From contig OZ004607.1 in assembly GCA_963924565.1 (NCBI GenBank), positions 28,024,001 through 28,088,000 on the forward strand: a DNA stretch of 64,000 nt, in the 5' to 3' direction. This document shows, piece by piece, positions 53,201 to 64,000 of the stretch; positions within the stretch are counted from its first letter, which is position 1; each line of letters starts with the position of its first letter. The notes beneath the pieces are model-generated. The model was not told the origin of the DNA, ran no database searches, and saw nothing but the letters and a program-made list of their open reading frames with translations. Source of the stretch: Ascidiella aspersa. Lineage: Eukaryota. Both the position numbers and the translations under genes were made by a program.

Positions 53201-56200
53201 CCGGGTAGAACTGTGTCACCAGCCTGCTTTAACTTGGTAACATCAGCTTCTGAGTGGTTTGTTGATTGGTTGACGACTTTGTAGGCCACCACAAAATAAC
53301 AGCTGCAATTCAGTAATTTAGTGAAATGGTTTGAATTAATAAGTAACAAAGCGTTTCTCGTATAACATTTTAACAAACCTGATGGCGCCGTTTCGTTCGC
53401 TCGTAGGCTCCAATGTTATTTCCATTCCATTTGCATTCGGCGCAGGATTCGTTTGCGACAGTTTAACAGACGTTGGACCTGTTCAAACATGACAAAAGCA
53501 AAGTTCTTACAAAATCGAAAAAAACGTATGTTCACTGTTCAGGGCATTTTGGACGTTTCATGTGTTGCAGGAACAACTACCAAATCCAATCAACTGAAAA
53601 GAGGTTATAGACAGTAAATCGCGAGCCTTTTTTAATATTTAGAAGGGTTGCACTTACTTAATTAAACATAAAGAAAATATCGTTGACTGATTTGAAGCAA
53701 ACCTAGTTTCAACAATACGTAACATTGAATAAAAGCAAAACGTCAATTTATACAATAAAATAACATACGATTGTTTCCGTTTAATTTAGGCTTTAGCAGG
53801 CATTTTGTGTTACCTTTCGAAGTAGTAACACAACTTCCAGTCGAAAATGTAGACCAAGCCGGTAAAACAAGTCCCTTGCAATTTAAGAGGGGCATCACGC
53901 CAACACTGACCGAGTAGTTGGTATTTGGAAGCAAATCCCCTATCACATAGCTTAATGCCGATTTCGACAAATTTACAAATCGAGTCTCTCCTTCGTTCGA
54001 CGACCCTGGGACGTTTGCGGTGTAGGACAGCTAGAAACAAAATATAAAGTTTCAATCGTCCAGTAAAGGTGTATTTTGCTTTGAGATCGCTTTTACTATA
54101 AAGAGCATAAAAGGTACGCCAAAGTGTGTTGTTAACAAATTATAATTCTTTAATCTTCTAGTAAAGGTGTATTTTGCTTTGTGACCGCTTTTACCATTAA
54201 GAGCATAAAAGGTACGCCAAAATGTGTTTCTAACAAGACATATAATGCTTGTATCTCAGGCATGTCATGCCCCTCTAGTTTCCACCATCAACAACGTTTA
54301 ATTGGTTAAATGGAATTAAACGATGCTTTCAACTGAGCGGTAACTAACAAATGTGTTATATTGCAACCAAGTCAAAGTCGCAGTGGTTATTTATTGCACA
54401 TAAAACCGTTTATATATTTTATCAAGCCATGGGTAGCAAGACTTTGGTTGGTCTTAGCAGTTACTTACGAAACGTTGGTAATCGGGTCAACACTTTGATT
54501 ACATATCACGCACTTTCCATAAGGTCGCTCGCGTTATTGGTTTAGATTGGAAGCCTAAAATGTATGCCATCTTACCCAAGCATTTAAACATGATAAGCAA
54601 GTAATGTTTCACATCTTAAATCCGTAAAAAAACATAAGGATAAATACAAGATCCAAAAAGCAATAAATTAATTCCCGGTTCGACATGGTGCTTTGACCTT
54701 AATAATCCTAAATAACCTGCTTTAATACTAAAAGTTAATTATTTAAGTTTGTTATAAAAGAAAACGCCAAACTGTTGAAAATTAGGACTGTCGTGATAAG
54801 TAAAGATAAAGCACTATTAAAGTCACTAACTAAACATTAACACGCCGCTAGAAAAGATGTAAAACAAAAATTGTTTTGCTTTAACGAGCATAGCAGTTCG
54901 ACACAATTTTTTTTAAATTACTGCTGTGCTTGGTTCCTCTTTTTTAACTTAATCTCACATACGTTGGTTGAATAGAATTTGCTTTGATTGTTATTTTGCT
55001 TCCATGTGATCATACACCTTGTTGTTTCGAGTTGCAAACGAACGTTGTAGGGCGGTTTTAAACTGGGATCGGGAGTTTTAATAACAGTCTGCTTTGATGG
55101 TTTGAAATCTCGGCATCCTTCGAACATGGGAAAAACCTACGTATATAAAACATTAGGTATACAAATATGAATGGACCAATGTTTGATATATAACAGGGGT
55201 GGGCAACCTAAGGGGCCCACAGGCCAAATCGCGCCCGACCAATCAATATCATCTCAATAAATTAATCTTTAAAGAAAATCTAGAACATCCAGAATATAAT
55301 TAAAAAAAAGGTTCTTCTGAATAATATATTCATAATTTGTTTCACAAACCATTTACAGTATATGATATATCCGCCACCTCCTTTGGTAAGAGGTCATTCC
55401 TCATTATTTATTAGATATTTTAACTCGGTAAATGTGAACAATTTTCTGCCTAAAAGCGCATTGTTCACCAAGGATTGGAACTATCAACAACAGAAGTTTC
55501 ATCGACTTCTTGTGTCTGAATGCATAATTGTCAGTTAAAATTTATTACGGTATGCAGAGACGTTTCCGAGGTTAGTTTGGCCCGCGACTAGAAAAAGGGT
55601 TGCCCAACCTTGATAACTTTCAGCAGCTATTAGATGACATCGTCTGGTCCTTGACTGCTGGGGGGTCCGATTGGCTTTGGGTTATAATTTCGGTTAACGC
55701 TGAGGTCATTTATAATCAATCAGGAATTGGACAGAAGTGAGTTAAGGGTTAATTGGCGTGTTAACGCTTAAACGACTCGATCGGTACACCATATGGGAGG
55801 CTGACGGCGTACTTTAAAAATTATTCAACCAAGCTTTGGCGCTTTGCAAAAAAGGTGAAAAGCCTTAGGTGGTAAGATTTAGTTCTGGTTTGAAGATGCA
55901 ATAAATATACAGATAGGGACAATTTCGAGCAACGATCGAAAACTGTTTGCAGAAATTTAGTTTGGATTAGGCCATAATCCCGTAACCAGAAATCCGGCAA
56001 TGTCATTCAAAAAATTATGTTTGTTTAAATATATGTGAAGGTTGATCCGTGACGATAAAAAAACGTTTAACCGCATTTATAAAATTTGATTAAAATTATA
56101 TTTTGCTTGTACACTGTACAGGTACTATTGGTGATAAAACTTAATCTAATTACTTTTTGTCTAATCCTGAATGACACGTTATTTAATTTATTTTCTGCAT

Positions 56201-59200
56201 AGTTTATTTATACATTTGTTGATTAATATTAAATGTTATTGTAACCTGTAGTAACCTATAATTATTATGCCACTCCTCAATATCACTGCCTTTGTAGCAC
56301 ATAGATGGTATATTCCCACAAACGTACTGGCAATTAGTTTAGTAAGTCAAAGTTAAAAATTCTCTGTGTTCTGAATTATAAATTCTTACCGTTACATTGT
56401 AGGAACTACCTCCTTGTAAATTGGAAATGATAACATTAAACTTTCCCGGATCAACAATTCTAAAAATTAAAATAAATTTAAGGTAGTTCAACAGAAATAA
56501 AAAATATATATATTGACACTGAATGAAACCAAACCTTGTCATTCCATTGTATTCCAGTTTATGTTGAATCGATAAAGTTCCCGGAAGTAAATTCCAACTA
56601 ACATTCACTTTGCTTCCGTTGCATTTGTCTGACTTGTATCTGATTGTAGGCTGTACAGAACTGGAAGCTATATAACATAAAATAGCTTTCATGAAAGAAT
56701 TTGAATACTTACAGTACCAGATTGTTTTAGGCCAAAAAAGTAGCACCCATTCTTTTTCACTTTGAGCAATGAGAATATTAACATATTTTGTATTACAGGT
56801 ATTAGTATCCTCATTAAAATTAACTATTACTTTTATGTTTTTAAATTTAATTTTAAATGATGAGATATAAAACTAATGCACACAAAAAAATATATTAATT
56901 GGTTTAAAATTTGATAAGCGTCCAGAGCTACATACTTTTAAACACAACAATTAGCTTAGACAATGGCATAACATGAAATTACAAAGAGACCTAATAAAAC
57001 CAACAAAAAGACAAACTCGCTGTATAGAAAGTGATAGTCTAATGAAGTGGTTATTTTTGTTTGCTTTATCTTTTAAGTAAATTTGAAAATAATTGCACAA
57101 ACTTTATAGAAAAAACCTTTTATACACTATGTGTAAATTTCCAGATATTGAATCAGGTGGGATTTATTAAAAGTATTTTTAAACTATCAAAATACAATAA
57201 TTACCAAACCCTGGACTTACCATCACAAATTCCGACTACTTTTCCAAAAGGGGGATATTGGTAGTTTTTATATGTTCCAATCCATATCTTCTTACATGCA
57301 TTGTTGCTATACTGAGAAAAATACTTTGAAATTCCTGCAATCCAAACATTTCTTCTACCTAAAAATAAGGCATGATAAATATAAATTGTTTATCAAATGA
57401 ATTAACTAAAAACATATTACCAAAGTTTAGCATATATTCTGAATCTGCTTTATTATCAATAACAGCCAGATGTCCATTTAGGGCTTTGCACGATTCGATA
57501 GCTTTTGTGCATGATGTGGGTTTAGATAACAAGTTCCACATGTTTACTAAAAATGCACAAATTGACATAATTACACTGCATCAAAAATGTCCTGGATTGT
57601 TTAAAACAAATATACCATATGTGTAAAAACATGTCAGACCTGGTGAAGATTTATATGTTTCACTTTCCGATGGCAACTTTGAATATATATTGTCAGCAAA
57701 GCATTTGTAAAGAAATGATGCAGTAGATGGGCAGATCACACCATAAACCATCAATTCTTTTGTGACTATGTGTAATTTCCTGTCTTCATAGTTTAAAACC
57801 TATATGTGAATTCAGTAGAACCATCATCCAAGTGAAATAGTAATGATTTTATATTTTACGGACATAGCCAGTACAAGCAAACTAGATACAGTCAGTAGTA
57901 AGTACAAGTAAAAATATATAATGTATATATATAATAAATTGTTAGGTAATCTAAAATAGAGTGTTTATATTTAATAAAAGTACAGTTGCTGTCGAAATCA
58001 ATATTTTCTATATATAACCACAGAATTTCAATTTGTCAATACTGCAATAGCATTACCATTTTTATACAGTAAAATATTTATAAATTGGCAAGGATTAAAA
58101 TGGGTATTTGGTTTCGAAGTTTAAACGTAAAATCAGCCAAAATATTTTAAAGCAAGTGTTTTAAAACAAAAGCTTAAATAACATCAAACATGAGCACAAG
58201 AGTAAGAGTAACAAATATGTAAAACAATAGTCGCTAATTAAAATACAAACGTTAGAGCAGTGGTTCTCAACCTTTTTGTTCTCGCGACCCCTTTTGAGTT
58301 TTCAATAACTTTCGCGACCCCCCAATTATAGTGTGTGATACATAAACCTGAGTAAATAAAACACATTTTAAAATTGGCAAAATTCGAATAGGAAAAAAAT
58401 CTAGTTGGTGTGAAATTCAGAAATTTTAGGTCAAATAATATTAAGCATGTACCTCCTAGTGTGAGACTGAAGAGAATCAATGGAGGTAACTGTTCTTGGC
58501 GAGCAGCCAAAATTCCTTACAAATTTGAAAAAAAAACTGTTAGTAACAATTTTTTTTTATTTTCGTTGGTAAAGTTGGTATAAACAATTTTGGAGGTCTT
58601 TTGAGCCCGTGGATTTACTTTATCCCACAATATTTCAAATAAATTCGGCCAAATAGAACAGAAAGCTTACTGTCCTAATAATTTAAAAACCGTCGGACAC
58701 AGCAGTTAAAATTAAGACAATTTATCGTTTTTGGCCCAAATTTTGTAATCGTGACGTCATACACGTGACAGGTTCACTGCAGCAAAAGCCACACAAAGAC
58801 AAATATTAGACTGGCGTTGCTTTTGTGCATTCTATACTGCTAAACTTTTGGTTCATATTGCTTTTTTTCATGAAGTTTTTCTTTATCAAACACTACACGG
58901 CGACCACCCAGACAACCATTTGCAACCCCCAGGTTCACAACCACTGCGTTAGAGTATTTAAAAAAGAAGAAACAATATTTTAGCACACCTGAAACTGGCT
59001 AGTCTTAGGTAGCAAACTTCCATTTGCAAACTTCCAAACAACATTTGGTAGGGGGTTCCCTTGAAAAGAACAGTTGAAACTAACTGAGTTACCCACTGGC
59101 ATAACTTTGTACTTGGAAGGGATTTCTTCTGGAACACCTTAAGTACCATTTACAACAGTATATTACTGACCAAAGATAAATAAAAAATGGTGGTTTAACT

Positions 59201-62200
59201 ATGACTAAATTTGCAATATAAAAAGAGGCCTAAATGAATAATAGAATTAACACTACTTAAAAATGTTCAGTGGTGTAAAAAGGTAATAAGCAAAATTTTG
59301 AATTTGAAATAACATAAAACATTTTAGAAAGCTATAATTTCAAGAATTTTAATCAATGCATATTCAGCTGTGTTATTTTCCTAATTACCTCATATAACCA
59401 CTTGCAAATCATCTTGTTAAAACAGAAGCTATTAAATATATGAAGCTTTTAATATTTATTTTGGTGGTCTCTTTTCACATTGAAGAATACACATAAATCA
59501 GTGCTTAGTGTTGCAAATTATAATTTATTTATAATTATTATTAGGAAACTCTATGAAGTCAGTTATTTATTAAACAAACATGCAAATGAATATTAATGCA
59601 AAATAATTTTAAACTAAATTAAATATTAACAATTTGTTTAAAAATACTTGCCTTTATAATTATATAATTCTGTTTAAATCAATCATGATTCTTCAGTTAA
59701 TGCAAAAACAAAATGTAAACTGACCTTCTATTGTTATTGTTACACTTTTTGTGACAGGAACAGTTGCAAGCTTGCTTTGAACAGTGCAGACATATACTCC
59801 ACTGTCTTCATACCTGGCCTGTAATGTCACATTGTATTACTTATGTCGCATGAAGCATGATAACAAATTTTAAACATTTTTTTAGACTTATACACACGAC
59901 AAACAAGAACCTTGGGATACTTGCCTTGTTAAACCTCAGACACATAATATTTGTTGATTGGTTTCCTGTGATAGACTTTTGGTAGTAAGGTTTTGTAGAC
60001 ATTTCGACATAGACATTTCGACCACTTCTTTTCCAAAAGACGTCAGGTTTAGGGTTTCCACTTCCAGAACAAAAAATATCGCATCCCAACTTTGTTTGAT
60101 TTCGATTTAATTTTAGAGTTGTCAACGACACATAAGAAGTTGGTAAAACTACAAAGAAAATTATCTTAATAATTTTTCAACTATGTGACTCTGCATTTCA
60201 AAACATAATTTTTTTGCAGAAATTTATTTAATAAAAGATCCAAAGTTTAAAATCCAATATTTTAAGGAACTGCCTGTCTTGATTTGTTTTAATATTTACT
60301 AAATATTAACAATTTGTTTTAAATTCTCACCTTGCACATCAACATAAACCATCTTTGTATCACGAATTGCAGTATTGTCCGAAAATAAACAAGTAATTGT
60401 ATAGTTTGTTGGCTTTTTAAGGACCCCAGCTTGGTAAACAACTCTTAAGAAAAATGAAAAACACAAAGGTTTGGATACGAAGAAAACAAATATATCACAA
60501 TCCCACAATTTTTTTTAAGACAATAATTATGATAATTTCCCACTTCTCTTGATTTGTGTATATTTTAAGCCGACGCCCAGTGATGGATTTAACTTCGCAA
60601 ATGTAACTTCCAGCAATTCGTGTGACAATGTTTGCTGTTACACTTGCGCTTTTTCCTTTATTAACTACAATATGTTGTGTTGTGTTAATTTCAATTTTTC
60701 CTGAAATGACAAAAAATAGCTAAAATGGCTAAAATGACAATATGATCCTGATCAAATCACAACTTCCAAAAAGTAACTAAAAGTATCTAAAAATAGAGAT
60801 ATATATCTAAATAAAAAAACACATTTTACTTTTTAACAAATAAACAAATGTGATGTTATGAAGTACATATATATCTGGAATATATAAACATTGCGGAGTT
60901 ATCTCACTTGTTTCACAATTGAGTCCTTTATAGTTCAAGGTGCATGCACAAGTGTAACTGCAGCCAACTACTGTGCAAATGCCTCCATTTTGACATCCCT
61001 TTTTGCAGAAATTGGAAAAGCTTAAAGCTGTAAACAGATAACAATTGTTATAATTAAAAAATATTTTATTGTTTATTACTCTTATACCTTTTTCGCAAAC
61101 ATAAAGAGCGGTGGAAGTACATGAGGCTTGTCGATAAGAAGTTGAGCTTGATTGCCCACAGTAACCTGAACCTGAAAATTATATAATTTAATACAGTATT
61201 TCCCAAAATATTTGAGTACGTAGCAAACACTCCTACCAGTGACAAATTGTCCTGTGAAATTTGAATTATCATTCCAGGCCCAAAATTGAGTTTTCATTAA
61301 TCCAACAAAATAAAATTTTTCCAATGGCAATTTTGACTGTATATCAGTTTTAAGTATGGCTAATGATGATTTTACTGTATTGCATTGGCGTTTGGCATCA
61401 TCATAAGAAGTTGCTGGAAAGTTGGATATGGTGTACTGACACTTCTTTACTGTTGAAGTGTAAGTCTGCCATTTTTCTAAGGAAAAGTCAAACAAAAGTG
61501 ATCACAAAAAAGCAAACTGCAAATTAGCCAAATAAACTAAAGCATGGTTTTATAATGTCGTCATGCTCATAACCAAATTGCCTAAGTCATTTTTTTAAGA
61601 TTTTTAAAGTTTTTGCTTAAGTTCCTTGTGACCATCCCCATTCCATGGAAAAAGTGCGTAAGTCATTTTTTGCACAAGCACATGGAAAATGACCAAAAAA
61701 TGACATTAGTTTTATTTTTTTATTTTCGATGATGCGACCCTCCTTAAAAATAGAACAACAACAAAACACAAGAGCAGTTTTTCTATGGATGGCGATGGTA
61801 ACAAGGAGTGACTTAGGCAATTTGGTTATGAGCGTGACGATGTAACAAATGAGGTAAAGCATATTTATACCTTGACATTGAGGAGCTGGATTGCTCCACG
61901 TGCCTGAATTGCATGTTGCAGATGTGTCGCCTACAATTTGGTATTCACTGAAACATGAAAATGTGCAGAACGTACCATGTGGACACCGAGAGTAACGGCA
62001 ATTGGAACTTCCACACTCAACAGATCCATGCGGCAACGCCAAAGTTGAGCATCTTTGTACTACAAATGAAAAATGAAAAATAGTTATTTATGAGTTTAAG
62101 TTAAAAAATAAAATGTTTATTTTTTACTTCGGCTTTTTCTATAAGAATATTAATACAGAAAAAAAACTTGGGTAATGAAAAATAGGAGGTTGGTAATGAA

Positions 62201-63469
62201 AATAGGAGGCAAAAGTATTTTTCTAATTTATTTACCAAACAAAACATACACTTATGATTATCTTTGGACAAAATAAATTACAATACCTCTAATTAGTCAT
62301 CTGTCCATAGGAAGTATACTACAGACCAGTTATAAACAGGTTTTATAATAACCAACTTAAGCATATAAAAATTTAGCAGTCAGTGATTTATTTTAATATT
62401 TTTGCTTTACTATTCATTTCTGCAACTAAGCCATTGCCGGTTCTAAGTTTTAAGCTTCAAAAAGTCGTTTTCAAAAGTTTTACAAAATAAAAAGGCACTG
62501 CCATGACACCAACTTTAGAATGGAAAAATGAAAGCAATCAAAAAGTTGGAAAAGTTCGATTAAACAACATAAATAAAAAAGTACCTTGACAAGTTGGTGT
62601 AGACTCACTCCATCCTAAGGATAAACAACGTGCAGTAACTTTAGTAACAGGCGTGTAACCGACGTTACATTGGTAGTCACACAAAACATTGTATGGACAA
62701 TGAGTGTTGTCACAACTTAATGAACATGAAATCTTTCCTCGGGAAAGCATTGTTGGCTTCAGGCAAGTAATTGCTGTTGGTAGAGGACAAACGTTAAAGG
62801 TAAAACTTGGTAATCCTAATTGTACAAAGTACTATGATTATAAGCCTAAATAAGGAAAATGAACACGTTAAATCATTTTTATTAGGTAATTTATTGTGAT
62901 TCAAATATTAGAACTCAATGAAATTGAATAAAAGGAATGTTTTTAAATCAATAAAAGGAATGTTTTAAATAAGTGCATGGCGGTAACCAAATTTAACTTG
63001 CATATTTGTGTAGCTACCCCTGAAATACCAGTGGTTGCATGAAAATGAATAGGCTTTTGCGTTAAATAATTCAATTTAAGCAATTTTCATGGTATTTTTT
63101 AAACAAATCCACAAATTAAAAAACAACCTGAAAATCTTTGGTTTTAGACTTTATTTTTGAAAACTAAAATGTTAATAATCCCTCTAAATGAAAATAAGTA
63201 TTCTTACATATAACAAATTATAAAAAAAATCTGAAAAAGTAAAGCTAAAGCTGTTTTCAAAACAATAAAAACAAAAATACCTTGACAAGTTGGTGCAGAC
63301 TCACTCCAACCAGTGGATAAACAATATGCAGTGAGTTTAGCAACAGGCGTGTATCCATCATTACATTGGTAGTCACACGAACCATTGTATGGACAATGAG
63401 TGTTGTCACATCTTGATGAACATGAAATATTTCCTCGGGAAAGCATTGCTGGCTTCAGGCAAGTAATTG
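38705..63469 (-). CDS. Receptor-type protein tyrosine phosphatase with a Sushi-CTLD-EGF-Ig-CTLD-FN3 ectodomain, TM helix and tandem PTP D1/D2; 5' end lies beyond position 64000
   Basis: 37 phase-consistent exons: 63281-63469, 62585-62773, 61871-62059, 61237-61476, 61088-61171, 60908-61027, 60544-60700, 60331-60443, 59925-60148, 59725-59818, 58989-59137, 57640-57799, 57421-57546, 57221-57358, 56535-56667, 56390-56459, 54963-55136, 53814-54030, 53379-53478, 53171-53302, 52557-52855, 52191-52296, 51742-51848, 50995-51140, 50143-50242, 48882-48958, 47781-47912, 47123-47257, 46203-46348, 45389-45533, 44688-44791, 44083-44222, 43824-43900, 42943-43059, 42605-42739, 41302-41465, 38705-38915 (about 1780 codons, TAG at 38705-38707). 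Confidence 0.9.
44688..51140 (-). CDS. RPTP membrane-proximal catalytic domain D1
   Basis: Motifs KNRFKNILP, DYVNASYI, FIAAQGP, DDFWRMI, IVMLT, KCDKYWP, WPDHG, PIVVHCSAGVGRTG and MVQTVGQY. Confidence 0.95.
48249..48454. mobile_element. Foldback MITE family member; other copies at about 12818-12900 and 51421-51568
   Basis: Shared arm TTGGAGCATAA..TTGGAGGTTGT..AAGAATATCAAAGCCCATACAGA and its reverse complement. Confidence 0.75.
48458..48705. repeat. Perfect inverted repeat with 119-bp arms (48458-48576 and 48587-48705) and a 10-nt spacer
   Basis: Base-by-base reverse complementarity of the arms. Confidence 0.95.
50397..50654. repeat. Perfect 128-bp tandem duplication in an RPTP intron
   Basis: AATTCACATCAAGC...TAATACGATG is repeated identically at 50397 and 50525. 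Confidence 0.95.
52191..52296 (-). CDS. RPTP transmembrane exon
   Basis: IGLIVGLVVVAIVLLILIVLAIVY followed by RR stop-transfer residues. Confidence 0.92.
54062..54236. repeat. Imperfect intronic direct repeat, about 99-bp period
   Basis: AGTAAAGGTGTATTTTGCTTTG...AAGAGCATAAAAGGTACGCCAAA occurs twice. Confidence 0.85.
55194..55612. mobile_element. Degenerate hAT MITE
   Basis: CAGGGGTGGGCAACC ... GGTTGCCCAACCTTG; no clear TSD. Confidence 0.6.
58258..58946. mobile_element. hAT MITE in an RPTP intron
   Basis: TIRs CAGTGGTTCTCAACCT / AGGTTCACAACCACTG, perfect TSD CGTTAGAG, GCGACCCC repeats. Confidence 0.88.
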
Positions 63470-64000
63470 CTGTTGGTAGAGGACAAAAGTTAAAGGTTAA
63501 ACTTGGTAATCCTAATTGTACAAAGTACTATGATTATAAGCTCAAATAAGGAAAATGAACACACTAAATCATTGTTATTAGGTAATTTATTGTGATTCAA
63601 ATATTAGAAATTGAATAAAAGGAATGTTTTGAAAATCAATAAAAGGAATGTTTTAAATAAGTGCATGGCGTTAACCAAACTTAACTTGCATCTTTCTGTA
63701 GCTACCCCTGGAATACCAGTGGTTGCATCAAAATTATGATTTTGTGTTAAAACAATTCAATTTTTTAATTTTCATGGTATTTTTGAAACAAATCCACAAA
63801 TAAAAAACAACCTGAAAATCTATGGTTTTTCACTTTATTTTTAAAACAACTAGAATGTTAATAATCCCTCTGAATAAAAAAAAAAAAAATTCTAAAAAAG
63901 TAAAGCTAAAGCTGTTCTCAAAACATTGACAAGTTGGTGGAAACTTATTCCAACCAGTGGATAAACAATATGCAGTGACTTTAGTAACAGGCGTGTAACC
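62585..64000 (-). repeat. Tandem duplication of a Sushi exon plus intron unit (periods about 696 and 645 bp; at least 3 exon copies, the last cut by the window edge)
   Basis: Exons 62585-62773, 63281-63469 and 63925->64000 are near-identical, and so are the introns 62774-63280 and 63470-63924. Confidence 0.92.

Overview
AT-rich animal genomic DNA with spliceosomal introns. The gene content and intron style suggest an invertebrate chordate such as an ascidian, but that is inference. I reconstructed three intron-rich genes by hand, all on the minus strand. (1) A secreted SCO-spondin/hemolectin/vWF-family glycoprotein runs from ATG 20434 off the left edge: 29 exons, about 1560 codons in the window, signal peptide-EMI-4xEGF-D1-D2-D'-D3-Thr-rich-TIL. 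(2) A 4-exon SPATA2/tamozhennic-like PUB-domain gene spans 34570-28971 (463 aa) and has a candidate PUB-interacting motif. (3) A receptor protein tyrosine phosphatase runs from beyond the right edge to a stop at 38705 (37 complete exons), with an unusual Sushi(n)-CTLD-EGF-Ig(3)-CTLD-FN3 ectodomain and tandem D1/D2 domains. Between genes 1 and 2, a diverged but in-frame copy of the SPATA2-like tail (23416-23937) lies between the two ends of a hAT-type non-autonomous element, which looks like transposon capture of a gene fragment. Other features are many hAT MITEs with 8-bp TSDs, foldback elements, a palindrome with perfect 119-bp arms, two GC-AG introns and a recent tandem expansion of Sushi exons. 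Most ORFs in the supplied track are antisense shadows or intron read-throughs.
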